Positions 35,800 to 44,216 of a stretch of DNA of 64,000 nucleotides are shown in pieces (within the stretch, counting starts at the first letter, position 1; each line of letters begins with the position of its first letter). The DNA lies in the NCBI GenBank assembly GCA_937936615.1, contig CALDDN010000003.1, positions 2,520 through 66,519 of the forward strand. Reading direction: 5' to 3'. The notes beneath the pieces are model-generated. The model was not told where the DNA came from. It saw nothing but the letters and a program-made list of their open reading frames with translations, and ran no database searches. The stretch is from an uncultured Bacteroidia bacterium. GTDB lineage: Bacteria > Bacteroidota > Bacteroidia > J057 > CALDDN01. The position numbers and the translations under genes were made by a program.

Positions 35800-35916
35800 A
35801 GTCAGGCAGCTGATTTTTCCGGGGGGCAAAGCCCCCGGAAAAATCAGATTTTTTCTGAAAAACAGACTGGAGCTTTAGCTTGAAATCCCAAATCCTGAAA
35901 TTGACCGACCCTGAAG

Positions 35917-36393
35917 ATGCAATTTGAATCGCTTGATCCCCGAGTCAACCGGCTGCGACTCGTTCGCACCAACGAGGCCTTCGATGTGGGGCACGAAATG
36001 GACCAGTGGCAGACCTGGGAAGTCTTCCACCAGCAGGCGCGGGGCGACCAGCACCGCCATGTGGGCATCGTCCATGCTCCCACCGCCGAGATGGCCCTGC
36101 TTTTTGCCAAAGAACAGTACGCCCGCCGCATGAAATGCGTCAACCTCTGGGTGGTGCGAACGGCCGACGTCTACGCTTCGGAATACGAAGATGCGGACAT
36201 GTTCGAACCCGCCTTCGATAAGTCCTACCGCGAGTCCTTCGGCTACACCCAGACCCGCGCCCGCATCGACGAGTACCGCAAGGCCCAGGGCCTGACCACC
36301 CCCGCCGCCGCGGAAACCGAAAAGCAGGCCGAGCCTGTCGCCGCAAAAACCACCGTCAAAAAAGCTGGCATCGTAATCGGCAAAAAGAAATGA
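35917..36393 (+). CDS. paaB: 1,2-phenylacetyl-CoA epoxidase subunit B with extended termini
   Basis: The core WQTWEVFHQQARGDQHRHVGIVHAPTAEMALLFAKEQYARRMKCVNLWVV aligns with E. coli PaaB (YEVFVRGKQGLSHRHVGSLHAAD..MAL..A...YTRR......WVV). A roughly 50-aa A/K/T-rich C-terminal tail follows. The start could alternatively be the ATG at 35998. Confidence 0.8.
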   Translation: MQFESLDPRVNRLRLVRTNEAFDVGHEMDQWQTWEVFHQQARGDQHRHVGIVHAPTAEMALLFAKEQYARRMKCVNLWVVRTADVYASEYEDADMFEPAFDKSYRESFGYTQTRARIDEYRKAQGLTTPAAAETEKQAEPVAAKTTVKKAGIVIGKKK

Positions 36394-37145
36394 ATACCGA
36401 AGCCCTCAAAGACTTGCTTTTCCGTCTGGCGGACGACGATCTGGTGATTGGTCACCGCAATTCCGAGTGGACGGGTATCGGGCCTGTCCTCGAAGAAGAC
36501 ATCGCCTTTGCGTCGATGGCCCAGGACTGCGTAGGCCACGCCCAGTCCTATTACACGCTCATTCACGAGCTGGGTGAGGCCGACCCCGACCGGCTGGCCT
36601 TCCACCGCTCTGAAAAAGACTTCCGGTCGTGCCACCTCGTCGAGCAGCCCATCGGCGATTACGCCTTCAGCCTCATTCGCCACTTCCTCTACGATCTGGC
36701 CAAGCAGGTACGCCTCGAAGCCCTGACGCAGTCGAGCTACGCGCCTCTGGCCCAGCTGGCCGATCGCATCCGTCGCGAGCATAAATACGCCCGGATGCAC
36801 GCTACGACGTGGGTCAGGCAGCTGGCTGCGGGCAGCGATGAGGCCCGCCTGCGCCTGCAGTCGGCCTTGAACGAAGCCTACCCCATGGCACTGGGCCTTT
36901 TCGAGAGTACCGACTTCACCGAAACTTTGGCTGCCGAGGGAGTTCAGCCTGCCGAAAGTGTTCTGCAGAGCCGCTGGCAGCAGCTGCTCGAGCAGACCCT
37001 TGCCGGAACAGGCCTCAGCCTCCCCGGCGATTTCGATGCCGCAGCCTACATGGGGGGGCGCAAAGGTTACCACAGCGAACACTTGGGGCCGATGCTGGCC
37101 GAAATGACCGAAGTCTACGCCCTCGATCCTGAAGCCGTATGGTAA
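36390..37145 (+). CDS. paaC: 1,2-phenylacetyl-CoA epoxidase subunit C
   Basis: LFRLADDDLVIGHRNSEWTGIGPVLEEDIAFASMAQDCVGHAQSYY is typical of PaaC (PaaI in the older nomenclature). ATGA overlap with paaB. Confidence 0.85.
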   Translation: MNTEALKDLLFRLADDDLVIGHRNSEWTGIGPVLEEDIAFASMAQDCVGHAQSYYTLIHELGEADPDRLAFHRSEKDFRSCHLVEQPIGDYAFSLIRHFLYDLAKQVRLEALTQSSYAPLAQLADRIRREHKYARMHATTWVRQLAAGSDEARLRLQSALNEAYPMALGLFESTDFTETLAAEGVQPAESVLQSRWQQLLEQTLAGTGLSLPGDFDAAAYMGGRKGYHSEHLGPMLAEMTEVYALDPEAVW

Positions 37146-37618
37146 GACCCAACCCCACCCGTGAGCAGGTACTTGACTGGCTGCAAGCCGTCAAAGACCC
37201 TGAAATTCCTACTGTTTCGGTAGTCGACCTGGGCGTTATATCGGAGGTCGAGACTGGCCCCGATGGCGTTCGGGTCGAGATGATCCCTACGTTCTCGGGC
37301 TGCCATGCGCTGGGCTTCATGCAGATTCATGTAGAGGAATGCCTGCGGGCGCAGGGTTTGGAGCAGGTGGAAGTCAAGGTTAACCGCAACAAACCCTGGA
37401 GCAGCGACTATCTGACCGAGGCCGGACGCCGCGGCTTGCGTGCCCACGGACTGGCTCTGCCACCACGGCACGCCGACGGCCCCGATGAGCCTGCCGAATG
37501 CCCTAAATGTGGATCGACCCGTACCCAGCTGCTCAGTCCGTTCGGTCCGACGCTCTGCCGTGCGATTCACCAATGTGGCGACTGTCTCGAGACCTTCGAA
37601 CAGTTCAAGCCTGTTTAG
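37139..37618 (+). CDS. paaD: phenylacetate-CoA oxygenase subunit PaaD (DUF59/SUF-like + C-terminal Zn-ribbon)
   Basis: VKDPEIPTVSVVDLGVI is the DUF59 motif. The C-terminal Cys cluster is CPKCGS...CGDC. 7-nt overlap with paaC. Confidence 0.85.
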   Translation: MVRPNPTREQVLDWLQAVKDPEIPTVSVVDLGVISEVETGPDGVRVEMIPTFSGCHALGFMQIHVEECLRAQGLEQVEVKVNRNKPWSSDYLTEAGRRGLRAHGLALPPRHADGPDEPAECPKCGSTRTQLLSPFGPTLCRAIHQCGDCLETFEQFKPV

Positions 37619-37833
37619 GCGGGGCCGACTCCCTGTGTATCGGATGATCTTGCCGGGCACCGCGTCCGGCATTTTCTTTTTTACGGGGGCTGCGGTTCGG
37701 CAGGAAATTTTAGCCGCCGGAGCTGCAAATCGGGTTCGCGTTTGCCGGCTGCATGCTATATTTAATTTCAGTCTTTAGAGTACCCGATTGCGGACGCAGG
37801 CCAGCAAATGCAAGATGCCTTTATATTACGGAC

Positions 37834-37863
37834 TTGTTAACAAAGCTTAAAACTGTATATTTG
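37834..37863 (+). promoter_or_regulatory. candidate Bacteroidota-type promoter (TTG - 19 nt - TATATTTG) for the BNR/CARDB cargo gene
   Basis: TTG at 37834-37836 and TATATTTG at 37856-37863, 95 nt upstream of the ATG at 37958. Confidence 0.4.
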
Positions 37864-37957
37864 CTAATGATAAGTCAATGCAGATGCACCGCGAGGTGCC
37901 GCCACCAAGACACGAACCCACATCCAATTACCCATACCACGCTTCATTTTTCGATTT

Positions 37958-40900
37958 ATGCTCAAGAAAACCACCCTGCTTACGCTGCTGGTCCTGCTCT
38001 TGACTACGGCTTACGGCCAACAGCGGTCGGTTCCGTACGTGCCCGATGGTGGCAGAGTCTTTGATCATCAGCAGATGCTGATGCAAAAGCTACATCAGGA
38101 ACTAGGCGCGGAAACCGAAGCCGCCCCTGTACGGAGTGTCAACGATGGTCCGGTACGTCCTGCGACGGGCAGCCCGGCAGGTAAAACCTCCTCGTTCACG
38201 GTTCAGCCGGTCGGCAAGGCAACGAACGCTTTTACGATTATCAATAACCGCGTCAATCAGGTTTATGCCGTCGACCGTCCGGGTACGCAGAACGATTTCA
38301 TGGGCTGGATTCGCCGCCACTCGACTCTGCAGTTCGGGGGTTCGCCCGAAACGACAGCCAACGGGGTACTGCGTACAGATTTCTTTTCATCGGCTTGCCC
38401 AGGCACACCGTCCAACAACCGCTGGCAGATCGACGTCGGCCCCTTCAATCCGATTCCTTATGGCAACTCGGCCCGTGCTCGCTATCCACAAGCCACCATT
38501 CACGTACCGGAGGGCAGCGAAGACCGATTTGCCGACTACCGCCTGATCTGGACGGCTACCTGCACCGATGGCAACCGCTGGGGTAATTTGACTTGGGGCG
38601 TGGCCCGCGATCTCTGCGGCGTAGGTGTCGGTAACGCCTCGACAGCCAGTGCGTCGGCAGCCGAGCGTTCGAGCTTTGGCTTTCTGAACAACCGCCAGGA
38701 CAATCTGACTCTCATTCCGGGTGGTCTGTGCGAAGGCCGCAAAGGCGAGTTCTGGAAAATGGATGTCTGTTTCTCGGGTCCGACGGGCGGTGGTGGCCGT
38801 TATCTGGACAGCCTCTACCTGTTCAAAGGCACTCTCAACACGGCTAACAATACCATCAACTGGGTCAAGTACCGCACCTTTACCATCAACCTGTGGCGCG
38901 AGCGTTCCGGTCGCGACAACGGAAATTTCACGGGCTATATGCCCGGCGGTGCCAACATGGCCTTCTCGCCCGACGGACGTTGGGGCTGGGCAGCCGTGGC
39001 TTTTGATAACGATGAGCCGGCCAGCGAGCGTGCCTTCGAAGCTAACCCGCACTTCTGGTGGACCAATGATTTTGGCGTAACATGGAATGGCCCCATTCGC
39101 GTACCCGTCATGCAAATGAACGAAATCCGCGACAACATCCGCTTCACCTTCCGCAACGAACAGACGGGCCGTGTCGATACTTCGACGGCGATCCCCTCGC
39201 AGCTGGGTGATCATGACATTGTCGTCGACCGCAACGGCAACCCCCACTACCTGGCTGTATTCGCCAATGCTTCGTTTGCCAATCCCGTTCCGGATAGTAT
39301 CCGTTTCTTCAGTGCGGGCCGCAACGTCCTGGTCGACATCACGACCAATGATCAGGGCCGTACCTGGCAGGCTGTTCGGGTTGCAACCATCTACAAGCCA
39401 CGAGGTACGGTAGCCGGTACCAGTAATTTCAATTTTGACAACTTCATTCAGGCGGCTCGCGATCCGGAAGGCAATTTCGTATTTGCCAGCTGGGTGGATG
39501 ACACTACCGTTTCTTCGGGTGCCTTCAACATGAACCCCGATCTCTTTACCCGCGGCATCCGCGTCAGCGATGTAGCTATGACCCCTGAAGACTACACCCA
39601 GTCGCGTGACAACATTACTTATCGGGGTAAAATCTATTTCCCGACCATGGCTCCTGTTGCCTTGACGGGCACCGGCGATGGCGGTCGTTCGTTCACCCTC
39701 CCGACGGTGTTCGCCGAAATTCCGAATGGCGAGAACAATGAAACGAGCTTCAATTTCATTACCGACCGTACCCTCAACGAAGCGCAGTTCGTGCTTCCGG
39801 AAATAGACCTAGCCATCACCGAAGTTACTTCCCCGCGAACGCGGCTCTGCTTCGCTGAACAAGCCGAGGTTACGGTGCAGCTGCGCAACAACGGCACAGG
39901 ACCCATTGAAGGGCCTTTTGAGATTGCATACAGTGTCAACAATGGCGCACCGGTCGTCGAAACCATTACGCTCCCTGAGCCCATGGCTCCGGGTGCCACG
40001 ATGAACTATACTTTCACCCGCCGCGCCAACATCGCTCAAAGCGGCAACTACGAGTTTTACATCGAAACGCGGGTTTTCAACGACAACGTATTCGAGAATC
40101 ACCGCCGCCGCGTCAACGTGGTCAATTTTGGTGGAACGAACCGCGAGATTTTCTCGGCTACTACCTTGTCGGGCTGCGGTACGCTTGACATCAACACGGG
40201 CCTGGAAGGCTTTACCACGACCTGGACGCTCAATGGCCAGAACCTCCCGAATACCGGCAGTCGCCTGCTTCTGACGCAGAACGACCTGCCCGGTGGCCAG
40301 GGTACCCTGCAAATCAGTGTAACCAGTCCGGAATGTACCCCCAGCTCGCTGACCGACGAGGTCGAAGTGCGCATCAACGACATTCCCAACCTGACGGTTG
40401 CCTCGAACGCCATCTGCCAGGCCAATGCACCCCTGCGGGCTTCCATGACGACCCAGCCCAATGCCGCCTACGATTACAGCTGGACTGAAGTCGGTGGCAG
40501 CCGCAGATTCACTACCAACGATATTTCGCTCGATCGCACCGGCCGCTTCACCGCCCGCATCATCAACCGTGAGACAGGCTGCGACACCTCGGCTGTTGTC
40601 GATCTGCGGATCTGGAACATTCGGATCAACCTGCAGGCTCCGCCCCAGGTATGCGAACCGCTGGTGCTCGATCCTGACAATGAAACTACCGGCCCGGGTG
40701 TCGTCTACCGCTGGCAAGTGGACGGCAATCTGGCCTACGAGGGCACCACACCCCAGTTCTCGACCAGTGTTGATACCGGTGGCACGCGGGCCAAGACTTA
40801 CCGCGTTACGGCCCTCGACCCTCTGGGATGCAACGCCAGCAATCCGGCTACCTCGGAGGTTACAGTGGCTACTTTTACCAAGAACTTTGATGCCAACGGC

Positions 40901-41629
40901 ACTTCGCGCGACACCCTGAAGGCCGACTTCATCGGTAACTACGAAATCGGCCCCATTCCGGTACAAGTCTGCTGCTGCCGCAATCTTATTCTACGTGATG
41001 CCTCGAAGCGGGGTATGACCCCCGTAACGGGCCGTTTCTGGGTCTTCGAGGGCGATCTGGGAATCAATGCGCCGAACGCAGGTCTGCTGCGTCAGGGCGA
41101 CAAAGGCAGCCCAACAGCATCCGGCACCGAGGAAATCGTCATCCGCATCGACTGCGCCAGCCGTTACGCGACCCGAACTTATCGCGTAGTTTACACGGTG
41201 CAATCGGGACCGTGTACCGATGAGATCCGATACAATATTCAGTCGATCCGGCCCGACCGTTTCGCGCTCTGTGCATCGCCCGATGTCAGCGGTTTCCCCA
41301 ACCTGGATGCTCAGCAGAATCTGGATAATCAGGCAGGCTGGGATTCGTGCCGCGTCAGCCGCCCCGACCGCGTCAATCCGCTGCTGGGCGTGGCTCTCTA
41401 TCCCAACCCGGGTACGGGCAGCTACCAGCTGTCGCTGGCCCTGCAGCGTCCCAGCGATATCGAAGTGCTGGTCTACGATCCAAGCGGACGGATCGTGTGG
41501 ACGAAAACCGAATTTGCGGGCAACCGCCACCAAACGCCTATCGACCTGACACAGCTGCCCGCCGGCATCTACATGGTCAAGGTTCAGACTCCTGAGGGTT
41601 ACCAGACCATACGCCTGATTCAACAATAA
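37958..41629 (+). CDS. T9SS cargo with Asp-box (BNR) beta-propeller-like N-terminal region, CARDB-like and Ig-like modules
   Basis: Signal peptide MLKKTTLLTLLVLLLTTAYGQ. Two Asp-box motifs: TNDFGVTWNG (about 39061-39090) and TNDQGRTWQA (about 39341-39370). CARDB-like segment DLAITEVTSP...VTVQLRNNGTGPIEGPFEIAYSVNNG. CTD LYPNPGTGSYQLSLAL...GIYMVKVQT...IRLIQQ. Confidence 0.75.
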   Translation: MLKKTTLLTLLVLLLTTAYGQQRSVPYVPDGGRVFDHQQMLMQKLHQELGAETEAAPVRSVNDGPVRPATGSPAGKTSSFTVQPVGKATNAFTIINNRVNQVYAVDRPGTQNDFMGWIRRHSTLQFGGSPETTANGVLRTDFFSSACPGTPSNNRWQIDVGPFNPIPYGNSARARYPQATIHVPEGSEDRFADYRLIWTATCTDGNRWGNLTWGVARDLCGVGVGNASTASASAAERSSFGFLNNRQDNLTLIPGGLCEGRKGEFWKMDVCFSGPTGGGGRYLDSLYLFKGTLNTANNTINWVKYRTFTINLWRERSGRDNGNFTGYMPGGANMAFSPDGRWGWAAVAFDNDEPASERAFEANPHFWWTNDFGVTWNGPIRVPVMQMNEIRDNIRFTFRNEQTGRVDTSTAIPSQLGDHDIVVDRNGNPHYLAVFANASFANPVPDSIRFFSAGRNVLVDITTNDQGRTWQAVRVATIYKPRGTVAGTSNFNFDNFIQAARDPEGNFVFASWVDDTTVSSGAFNMNPDLFTRGIRVSDVAMTPEDYTQSRDNITYRGKIYFPTMAPVALTGTGDGGRSFTLPTVFAEIPNGENNETSFNFITDRTLNEAQFVLPEIDLAITEVTSPRTRLCFAEQAEVTVQLRNNGTGPIEGPFEIAYSVNNGAPVVETITLPEPMAPGATMNYTFTRRANIAQSGNYEFYIETRVFNDNVFENHRRRVNVVNFGGTNREIFSATTLSGCGTLDINTGLEGFTTTWTLNGQNLPNTGSRLLLTQNDLPGGQGTLQISVTSPECTPSSLTDEVEVRINDIPNLTVASNAICQANAPLRASMTTQPNAAYDYSWTEVGGSRRFTTNDISLDRTGRFTARIINRETGCDTSAVVDLRIWNIRINLQAPPQVCEPLVLDPDNETTGPGVVYRWQVDGNLAYEGTTPQFSTSVDTGGTRAKTYRVTALDPLGCNASNPATSEVTVATFTKNFDANGTSRDTLKADFIGNYEIGPIPVQVCCCRNLILRDASKRGMTPVTGRFWVFEGDLGINAPNAGLLRQGDKGSPTASGTEEIVIRIDCASRYATRTYRVVYTVQSGPCTDEIRYNIQSIRPDRFALCASPDVSGFPNLDAQQNLDNQAGWDSCRVSRPDRVNPLLGVALYPNPGTGSYQLSLALQRPSDIEVLVYDPSGRIVWTKTEFAGNRHQTPIDLTQLPAGIYMVKVQTPEGYQTIRLIQQ

Positions 41630-41683
41630 AGCGGCAGTCCCTGACTTTTTGTGTGTGACCATCAGAGCAACTGCACACGGACT

Positions 41684-41724
41684 AAAAAAAAAAACGCCCC
41701 CGACTCTTCGGGGGCGCTTTTTTG
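41684..41724 (+). terminator. rho-independent terminator (A-run / GC stem / T-run)
   Basis: A11, then CGCCCCCGA (41695-41703), CTCT, TCGGGGGCG (41708-41716), then CTTTTTTGG. Confidence 0.85.
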
Positions 41725-41841
41725 GTGGGCGATCTGTACTTCAGGCTGCTTTTCCACAAGAGGTTGGTAAGTACGCAACAGGCTATGTAACCTGTTGTGC
41801 GAAACGGCAGTAAATTAGGTGTGTATTTGGAGATCAAGACT

Positions 41842-42441
41842 ATGGATTTCGCCGCCCTTGAATCGCATGTGCTGAGCTGGCTGGAACAAAAGCTCCCTCC
41901 GAACCTGTTCTACCATGGTTTGGACCACACCAGAGACGTGCTTAAATCTGTGCAGCTGCTGGGCCGTGAGGAACGGGTGAGCAACCACGATTTGCTCAAG
42001 CTCAAGGCGGCGGCTCTGTATCACGATTCTGGCTTTGTCGAGCAATATCGGGCCAACGAGCCTATCGGAGCACGATTTGCCCGTGAGCAGCTGCCTGCCT
42101 GGGGCTTCACGGCTGCCGATGCCGAGCACATCGGTGAAATGATTTTAGCGACCAAGATACCGCAGGAACCGCACGACCACCTCGCCCAGATACTCTGCGA
42201 TGCCGACCTGGATTACTTGGGCCGCGACGATTACCACGTCATCGCGCACAGTCTCCGCCTCGAATGGATGAAGTACGGCGATCCTAAAGATTTAGTCGAA
42301 TGGTACGAGCTGCAGGTGCGTTTTTTAAGTTCGCATACCTACTTTACGGCCAGTGCCCGCCGCTTGCGGGATGCACGCAAGCAGGAACATCTGGCCGAAA
42401 TTGAGGAATTGGTCGCCATTCGTTCCTCGGTCAGCAAATGA
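41842..42441 (+). CDS. HD-domain phosphohydrolase-like protein
   Basis: YHGLDHTRDV...AALYHDSGF...DADLDYLGRDD is the HD superfamily signature. The ATG at 41842 (MDFAALESHV) is preferred over the GTG at 41797. Confidence 0.75.
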   Translation: MDFAALESHVLSWLEQKLPPNLFYHGLDHTRDVLKSVQLLGREERVSNHDLLKLKAAALYHDSGFVEQYRANEPIGARFAREQLPAWGFTAADAEHIGEMILATKIPQEPHDHLAQILCDADLDYLGRDDYHVIAHSLRLEWMKYGDPKDLVEWYELQVRFLSSHTYFTASARRLRDARKQEHLAEIEELVAIRSSVSK

Positions 42442-42509
42442 GCGAGCGTTCGCCCGCTTAGAGGGCCGCTACTTTTCTTTCGTATTTTCGTGCTACCGGA
42501 ATATCTTCG

Positions 42510-43874
42510 ATGCCATCCTCCTACATGAGTGAAACCAGTCTGGCCACACGCGCGGCACTCCTGAAAGAAGTCGAAATTTTCTCGCAATCCAATGACAAGG
42601 TCGTCGAACGCATCGCACGGGGACTTTTCGAACTCAAATTGCAGGCCGGTGTGGGCATCATTCGTAAGGGTGAGATGGGTAACTGCATGTACATCATCGC
42701 CGAGGGACGTGTCCGGGTGCATGACGGTGAGGTTACCTTCGTTGAGCTGGGCCATTCCGACATTTTCGGCGAGTTCTCGCTGCTCGATTCCGAACCGCGA
42801 TCGGCTTCCGTAACGACAATCGTTCCCAGTGTCCTCTACCGCCTCGATCAGGAGACGTTCTACGAGATTCTGGACGAGCACCCTGAAATTACGCGCAACA
42901 CCATCCGGCTGATTGTCAACCGCCTGCGCAAGCTCAACGACAAGAACACCGCCGCTATGCGTAAGCGGCAGGAGGAACTGACCAGACTGGTCGAAGAGCG
43001 TACCCGCGATCTGCAAATCAGAAACGAACAGCTCAACAGCGCCTTTGACGAGATCAAGGCTCAAAATGAGCACCTGGCGCGGGCTTACAAGGAAATAGAA
43101 GAGAAAAACGCTGAGATTACGGCCAGCATCCGCTATGCCCGCCGTATCCAGTCCGCCCTGCTGCCTACGCAGGAATACGTCCGACGCTTCTTTCCCGATT
43201 CTTTCACGCTCTACCGTCCTAAGGATATCGTGAGCGGCGATTTTTACTGGTTCGCCGAACGCGGGGGTAAACTCTTTTTTGCAGCGGTGGACTGCACGGG
43301 GCACGGTGTGCCGGGGGCCTTCATGTCGGTACTGGGCAATTCGTTGCTCAACCAGCTGGTCAAGGAACAGGGCTTGACCCAGCCAGCCGAAATCCTCAAT
43401 CAACTGCATGCCCGCGTTGTCGATACCCTCAAGCAGATTGACCCCAACTCCGTAACGAGCGACGGCATGGACCTGGCACTGTGTGTTTACGATCCGCAGC
43501 CCCGAACGATGCTCTACGCGGGGGCACAGCGTCCACTTGTTCACTTTCGCGGTAAGGAGATGACCGAAATACCGGGCGACAAGTTCTCGATCGGGGGAAC
43601 GGGCTTTGCGCGGATGCGGGAGCCTTACAGCCAGCACCGCATTTACATGCAGCCCGGTGACACGGTCTACATCTTTTCGGACGGTTATGCCGATCAGTTT
43701 GGGGGCGAGCGGGGCCGCAAAATGCAGACCTCGCGCTTCGTTTCCCTCCTGGCCGAGCTTGTCGAAGAAGATATGCAGACCCAGTACGAACGACTCAATC
43801 TCTTTTTTGACGAATGGCGCGGCGATCTGGAACAACTGGATGATGTGCTGGTCTTCGGGCTGCGCTTTCATTGA
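42510..43874 (+). CDS. cyclic-nucleotide-binding domain + coiled coil + PP2C/SpoIIE-type phosphatase
   Basis: cNMP-binding segment: GEMGNCMYIIAEGRVRV...FGEFSLLDSEPRSASVTT. The C-terminal SGDFYWF...AAVDCTGHGVPGAFMS...DGMD..L...FSDGYADQFGG is a SpoIIE/PP2C domain. Confidence 0.85.
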   Translation: MPSSYMSETSLATRAALLKEVEIFSQSNDKVVERIARGLFELKLQAGVGIIRKGEMGNCMYIIAEGRVRVHDGEVTFVELGHSDIFGEFSLLDSEPRSASVTTIVPSVLYRLDQETFYEILDEHPEITRNTIRLIVNRLRKLNDKNTAAMRKRQEELTRLVEERTRDLQIRNEQLNSAFDEIKAQNEHLARAYKEIEEKNAEITASIRYARRIQSALLPTQEYVRRFFPDSFTLYRPKDIVSGDFYWFAERGGKLFFAAVDCTGHGVPGAFMSVLGNSLLNQLVKEQGLTQPAEILNQLHARVVDTLKQIDPNSVTSDGMDLALCVYDPQPRTMLYAGAQRPLVHFRGKEMTEIPGDKFSIGGTGFARMREPYSQHRIYMQPGDTVYIFSDGYADQFGGERGRKMQTSRFVSLLAELVEEDMQTQYERLNLFFDEWRGDLEQLDDVLVFGLRFH

Positions 43875-43917
43875 TCGAAACCCGCTGGCAGGAAAAACAT
43901 CTTGCTTTAATTTGTGC

Positions 43918-44208
43918 ATGGAAATTGACGACGCGCTGATCGACAACCTGGAGCGGCTCTGTCGGCTGCGTTTTGCAGCCGCCGACCGCGAGGCCATAAA
44001 ACAGGATTTGAGTAGGATGCTGGCTCTGGTGGACCGAATTGCTCAACTGGATACCAGCGGGGTCGATCCCCTGATTCACCTGACTCTGGAAGACAGCCAC
44101 TACCGTCCGGCTCAAGTGCCTCAGTACCTCGACCGGGCCGATGCCTTGCTCAACGCGCCTCACGCCGACAGCGATTACTTCCGGGTTCCTCGTTTTGTGG
44201 ACAAGTAA
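43918..44208 (+). CDS. gatC: Asp-tRNA(Asn)/Glu-tRNA(Gln) amidotransferase subunit C
   Basis: MEIDDALIDNLERLCRLRFAAADREAIKQDLSRMLALVDRIAQLDTSGVDPL..., 96 aa. It is embedded at the 3' end of a longer spurious track ORF (43606-44208). Confidence 0.85.
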   Translation: MEIDDALIDNLERLCRLRFAAADREAIKQDLSRMLALVDRIAQLDTSGVDPLIHLTLEDSHYRPAQVPQYLDRADALLNAPHADSDYFRVPRFVDK

Positions 44209-44216
44209 GCCTCTGC

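Noticed and set aside
42339-43997. 552-aa antisense ORF opposite the cNMP/PP2C gene. Similar long antisense ORFs occur at 13667-14650, 16371-17432, 25317-26660, 34789-35829, 36243-37082, 38387-39247, 39809-40966, 45864-47228, 50708-52192, 56436-57350 and 62366-63727
   Set aside because: Each lies opposite a gene with clear family signatures. All have biased R/G/A/P/V composition, no signal peptides and no conserved motifs. This is the expected consequence of high GC3 on the sense strand.
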